Source of the DNA: Cyclobacteriaceae bacterium
Lineage (GTDB): Bacteria > Bacteroidota > Bacteroidia > Cytophagales > JAAEPT01
Length of the DNA: 36,437 bases
Assembly (NCBI GenBank): GCA_045106295.1
Contig: JBGCEI010000083.1
Location: 1 to 36,437, forward strand
Direction: 5' to 3'
Shown: piece by piece, positions 33,265-36,437 of the stretch
Position numbering within the stretch: position 1 is the stretch's first letter
Layout: each line of letters starts with the position of its first letter
Made by a program: the position numbers and the translations under genes
The notes under the pieces: model-generated
The model's input: only the letters and a program-made list of their open reading frames with translations
Databases searched by the model: none
Told to the model about the DNA's origin: nothing

Positions 33265-34629
33265 ATGAAAAACGTAATATTCATTAAACTCTTGTTCCTA
33301 CTTAGTTTAAGTATCTCCTTTTCTGCTTCTATTTCGAATGAACTAGAGGGAATAGAAGTGAAGGTCTATACCCAAGGGGATGGGTTAAGTTACAAAAGGG
33401 TATTAGATGTAGTGCAAGATGAAAAAGGGTTTATCTGGATTGCTACCCATTACGGTCTGAATAAGTTTGATGGCCATACCTTTACACAATTTCACCCTGA
33501 GAAAAACAACCCAAACACACCTTTGAGTAATGATATCAATGCGCTTGTTTTTGATGAAAAGGGTATCTTGTATATGAGTCAATACAACACTGGCTTAAGT
33601 TCCCTTAATCTTAAAACGGGGGAATTTACCCACTTAGTTACGCTAGACAAGCTACATGGTCTGCCTAAAAAAGCGCTATCTACTTATAGAATTGAATTTG
33701 CTAATAATAGAGTCTGGTTAAGTGGTGCAAATGGGGTTTATTCTTATCATACAAAAACTAAAGAGATAAATTATTATTCAAAAGCAACATATGATAAGGA
33801 CAACAGTATTCTGGTAGATTTAACACCTAAAAACCTTGAAAAAGATTTAGACGGAAACCTATGGGCTCGTATGAATGCAGCTATTTTCAGATACGATTCA
33901 GAGAAAGACAATTTTATAGGATATGAGATACGTGAAATAGCGAAAAAAAATAGTCAAGACATGACTGATAAATATAAAATTACTACTAGTGGATCATCTG
34001 TAATTTTATTAAAAGACAAAACACCCTATCTCTTGAATTTCGATAACCAATTAGCTCAAAAAAGTAATCTAAGAGGAATAACAACATGGAATAATACATT
34101 ATGGGAAAGTACTAATGGAGGTTTATTTACCTCAACATTAAAAAAGGTTACTTATCTAGATCTTAAAAAATATTTCCAAATTCAAACGGATTTCGTATTT
34201 GATAATACACTCATTGATAAAGAAAACAACCTTTGGATTAGTTCTGACTTTGGTTTAGTGAAGTTAACTAAAAAAGAAAGCCCAATAAACTACCTCTTCA
34301 CGGAATCTATCTCTGACATAAAGTATAAGTACATATCAAGTATTTCACAACTAGATTCCAACTTACTATTTAGCATTAATGAAACATTTTATAATCAAGG
34401 GAGAATCATTAACTCATTGTCTGATAATTCTCAAGTAACGTATAAGTCACAATATAAAATTTGTGATGATCAATCAAGCTTAATATGGATTTGTAAAAAC
34501 AATAAAGTGTATGAATATATCTCCTCAACTGAAAACATGCGGCAAATTAAAAATATATCTCCTTCAACGCTAATAGAATTTGATCACTACAGAAAATTAT
34601 TGTGGGTGTTCTCAGGAAAAAAAAAATAA
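33265..34629 (+). CDS. two-component-regulator propeller (Reg_prop) sensor, N-terminal segment ending in an A10 tract
   Basis: Signal peptide, then repeats such as 'DEKGFIWIATHYGLNKFDGHTFTQF'. TAA at 34627 follows A10 directly. It is probably the 5' part of one gene continuing in the next ORF. Confidence 0.6.
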   Translation: MKNVIFIKLLFLLSLSISFSASISNELEGIEVKVYTQGDGLSYKRVLDVVQDEKGFIWIATHYGLNKFDGHTFTQFHPEKNNPNTPLSNDINALVFDEKGILYMSQYNTGLSSLNLKTGEFTHLVTLDKLHGLPKKALSTYRIEFANNRVWLSGANGVYSYHTKTKEINYYSKATYDKDNSILVDLTPKNLEKDLDGNLWARMNAAIFRYDSEKDNFIGYEIREIAKKNSQDMTDKYKITTSGSSVILLKDKTPYLLNFDNQLAQKSNLRGITTWNNTLWESTNGGLFTSTLKKVTYLDLKKYFQIQTDFVFDNTLIDKENNLWISSDFGLVKLTKKESPINYLFTESISDIKYKYISSISQLDSNLLFSINETFYNQGRIINSLSDNSQVTYKSQYKICDDQSSLIWICKNNKVYEYISSTENMRQIKNISPSTLIEFDHYRKLLWVFSGKKK

Positions 34630-36314
34630 TAGCGTACGACCCCTACAATGAGTATAAACTAAAGTATACAATAGACTATAATATATCAGTTGGTTTTGAG
34701 AATATTCTTTTTGATAAAAAAGGAGATGTATGGATTTCGAATAGCATTATAGGAACTATAAGGTATACACCCGAAACTAATTCATATAAAAAGATAATGA
34801 CTGACATCCCTCTTTCCGATGGAGCCAGGTATGTATTAAGTAGTACTCAAATATCTGATTCAAAAATTGCTTTTGGAACACGTGACGGTTTAATCATTTA
34901 TAATACCTTACATGATACATATAATCTTTATCAAAAAAAGGATGGCTTGATCAATACAATTATTGGAGAACTAGTCTTGGGTAAATACGGTCAATTGTGG
35001 TTTTTTTCTGAGTGGGGTATATCCAAGTTTGATATCAATAATAAGAAATTCTACAACCTACATAAAACACAAAACTTATTTAGTTCGAGCGTCTTTATGA
35101 AGGCTATTTATAATAAAGTACAACACTCTATTTATTTTACCTCCTTGAGAGGGCTTGGGAAGATTGACTTAGCAACACTTGAAAAAAAAGAAAAAGAGCG
35201 TATGTTTTTTCAATTTACAGATGTAACGCTAGATGGTAAAAGAATATCTTCAATAGAGAGTAACAAGGTGATTTCATCCGAACTACCTTATGTTTCCAAT
35301 ATAACGATACCTGGAAATATAAAGGATGTAAAAATAAATTTCTCCAAGAATACCTTTACTACTAATAAAACGATTTATCGGCATAAACTAGTAGGCTTTG
35401 ATAAAAAATGGATAAATACGGCTCATAATCCAGAAGCTACGTATTCTTTTTTACCAAAAGGCAACTATTATTTACATGTTCAATATACAAAAAGCAATGG
35501 AGAGTGGTCAAAAGAAGAGCCATTTATAAAAGTAAAAGTATTACCGCCCTTTTGGCAGTCTTCATTAGCAATTATTATTTATTCCTTACTCGTTGCGCTT
35601 ATTCTTTTGTACATCGTATATTCTATTTATCTCACAAAAAAAAGGGTCAAGTCTAAAAGAAAAGAGTATTTAGCTCAAGAACATGAAAATAAAGTTTTTA
35701 GATTAAAGGAACGGCTTCACAAAGATGCCTTACTTAAAGGGGGCACTTTTTTTGAACGAATAAGAAATGAATCCATCTCTACCGATTTAGAAAAAGAAAT
35801 AATTAAAATGGAAAACAGTACCTCAAGAATACTAAATGAGCGGTTAACTACAAATGAAGACCTCTTTGAACTCAATACAAGAAATATAAGTTTCTTAGAA
35901 ATCGCAAAAAGAGCGTTTAACAACTTTAAAGACCTTGCGTCATTGAATAAGATAAAATATCAATTTATAGAATATGATATTCCAGTAACATCAATTGCTG
36001 ATCAAGAACTGGTTTATGAAATATATTCAGGAATACTTTCTATTGTCTTTAAATACATGGATGAAGGAAATAATATCACTGTCACAATAGCTAACACAAT
36101 TAGTAAAAATGAAAAGGAGATTATTCAATTGACTATCGATGATAATTCTAAAGGCTTTCCTCTCACAGTAAAAAATCAATTATACTCTTCGTCTAACTCT
36201 AATCAAGACGAATTCAGAATACAGATTCTTAGAGAAATGATACGTGCTCACCATGGTAAGTTAGAAATATCATCTAATAAGTTGGGGGGAAATCACCAGG
36301 GCAATCGCCTTTAA
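34602..36314 (+). CDS. sensor C-terminal segment: further propeller repeats, Y_Y_Y-like module, TM helix, degenerate HATPase-like tail
   Basis: 'YRHKLVGFDKKWINTAHNPEATYSFLPKGNYYLHVQ...LPPFWQS' followed by a TM helix. There is no in-frame ATG near the 5' end, only a GTG at 34602 inside the upstream ORF. It lies in the -1 frame relative to 33265-34629. Confidence 0.6.
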   Translation: MGVLRKKKIIAYDPYNEYKLKYTIDYNISVGFENILFDKKGDVWISNSIIGTIRYTPETNSYKKIMTDIPLSDGARYVLSSTQISDSKIAFGTRDGLIIYNTLHDTYNLYQKKDGLINTIIGELVLGKYGQLWFFSEWGISKFDINNKKFYNLHKTQNLFSSSVFMKAIYNKVQHSIYFTSLRGLGKIDLATLEKKEKERMFFQFTDVTLDGKRISSIESNKVISSELPYVSNITIPGNIKDVKINFSKNTFTTNKTIYRHKLVGFDKKWINTAHNPEATYSFLPKGNYYLHVQYTKSNGEWSKEEPFIKVKVLPPFWQSSLAIIIYSLLVALILLYIVYSIYLTKKRVKSKRKEYLAQEHENKVFRLKERLHKDALLKGGTFFERIRNESISTDLEKEIIKMENSTSRILNERLTTNEDLFELNTRNISFLEIAKRAFNNFKDLASLNKIKYQFIEYDIPVTSIADQELVYEIYSGILSIVFKYMDEGNNITVTIANTISKNEKEIIQLTIDDNSKGFPLTVKNQLYSSSNSNQDEFRIQILREMIRAHHGKLEISSNKLGGNHQGNRL

Positions 36315-36437
36315 AATTTGCTAAGTATTGAAAATTGCATTATTTTTATTGTGTAGTTGATTCACACCGAGTCTGCATTAAAAAAAAATGCATTTCTCAA
36401 AATCAACAGAAAAAATTTCCCAGAGTTTCTCTTCTCA

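Noticed and set aside
35717-35923. Minus-strand 68-aa ORF inside the sensor tail
   Set aside because: It is an antisense shadow in an AT-rich region.
36389-36437. Possible start of a further gene (ATGCATTTCTCAAAATCAACAG..., MHFSKSTEKISQSFSS) after an A9-loop hairpin
   Set aside because: Only 16 codons are visible before the window ends, so it cannot be supported.
1-36437. Screen for CRISPR arrays, tRNA/rRNA genes, intact IS elements/transposases, integrases, phage genes, toxin-antitoxin pairs and restriction-modification genes
   Set aside because: I found no regularly spaced direct repeats and no cloverleaf-like or rRNA-like segments in the intergenic regions. No ORF carries DDE, tyrosine/serine recombinase, methyltransferase or nuclease signatures. 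The window reads as core chromosome.

Overview
Mostly conserved chromosomal housekeeping DNA from a low-GC Bacteroidota genome, probably Cytophagia- or Flavobacteriia-like. Lineage clues are a T9SS-type C-terminal sorting domain, a DUF4270-like lipoprotein, an alternative CcmD, a GIHH-type IleRS, no Shine-Dalgarno sequences, and a TAnnTTTG -7 promoter motif. Gene order: zwf (5'-truncated) | recO and a PorZ-like protein (-) | MBL hydrolase, SdiA-regulated-like lipoprotein, a 1204-aa metallophosphoesterase-Omp85 fusion, and an HD/Pycsar-effector-like membrane protein (+) | small GntR (-) | OmpA-like protein, tag (+) | a four-gene minus-strand operon (half-size glgA-like, DUF4270-like, glmS, ridA) | panC, acyl-CoA thioesterase, nnr (+) | System I cytochrome c maturation cluster ccmBCDEF (+) | MMPL/RND exporter and ileS (-) | glycine-zipper OmpA lipoprotein | a propeller/Y_Y_Y sensor split in two at an A10 tract. 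I saw no rRNA, tRNA, CRISPR array, intact IS element, integrase or phage genes. I did not find a convincing multi-gene novel system. The points most worth follow-up are: (1) the HD + Pycsar-effector-like membrane protein, whose start overlaps the stop of the giant metallophosphoesterase-Omp85 gene; (2) the A10 tract that breaks the sensor gene with a -1 frame relationship, together with its degenerate kinase tail; (3) a variant System I in which CcmE carries Cys (CPSKY) instead of the heme-binding His, with no ccmA/G/H in the window and a long CcmF; (4) a REP/REPIN-like hairpin repeat family (three copies, two forming an inverted doublet inside a 231-bp element bracketed by 13-bp inverted repeats). 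All family assignments come from motif recognition by eye, and no searches were run.
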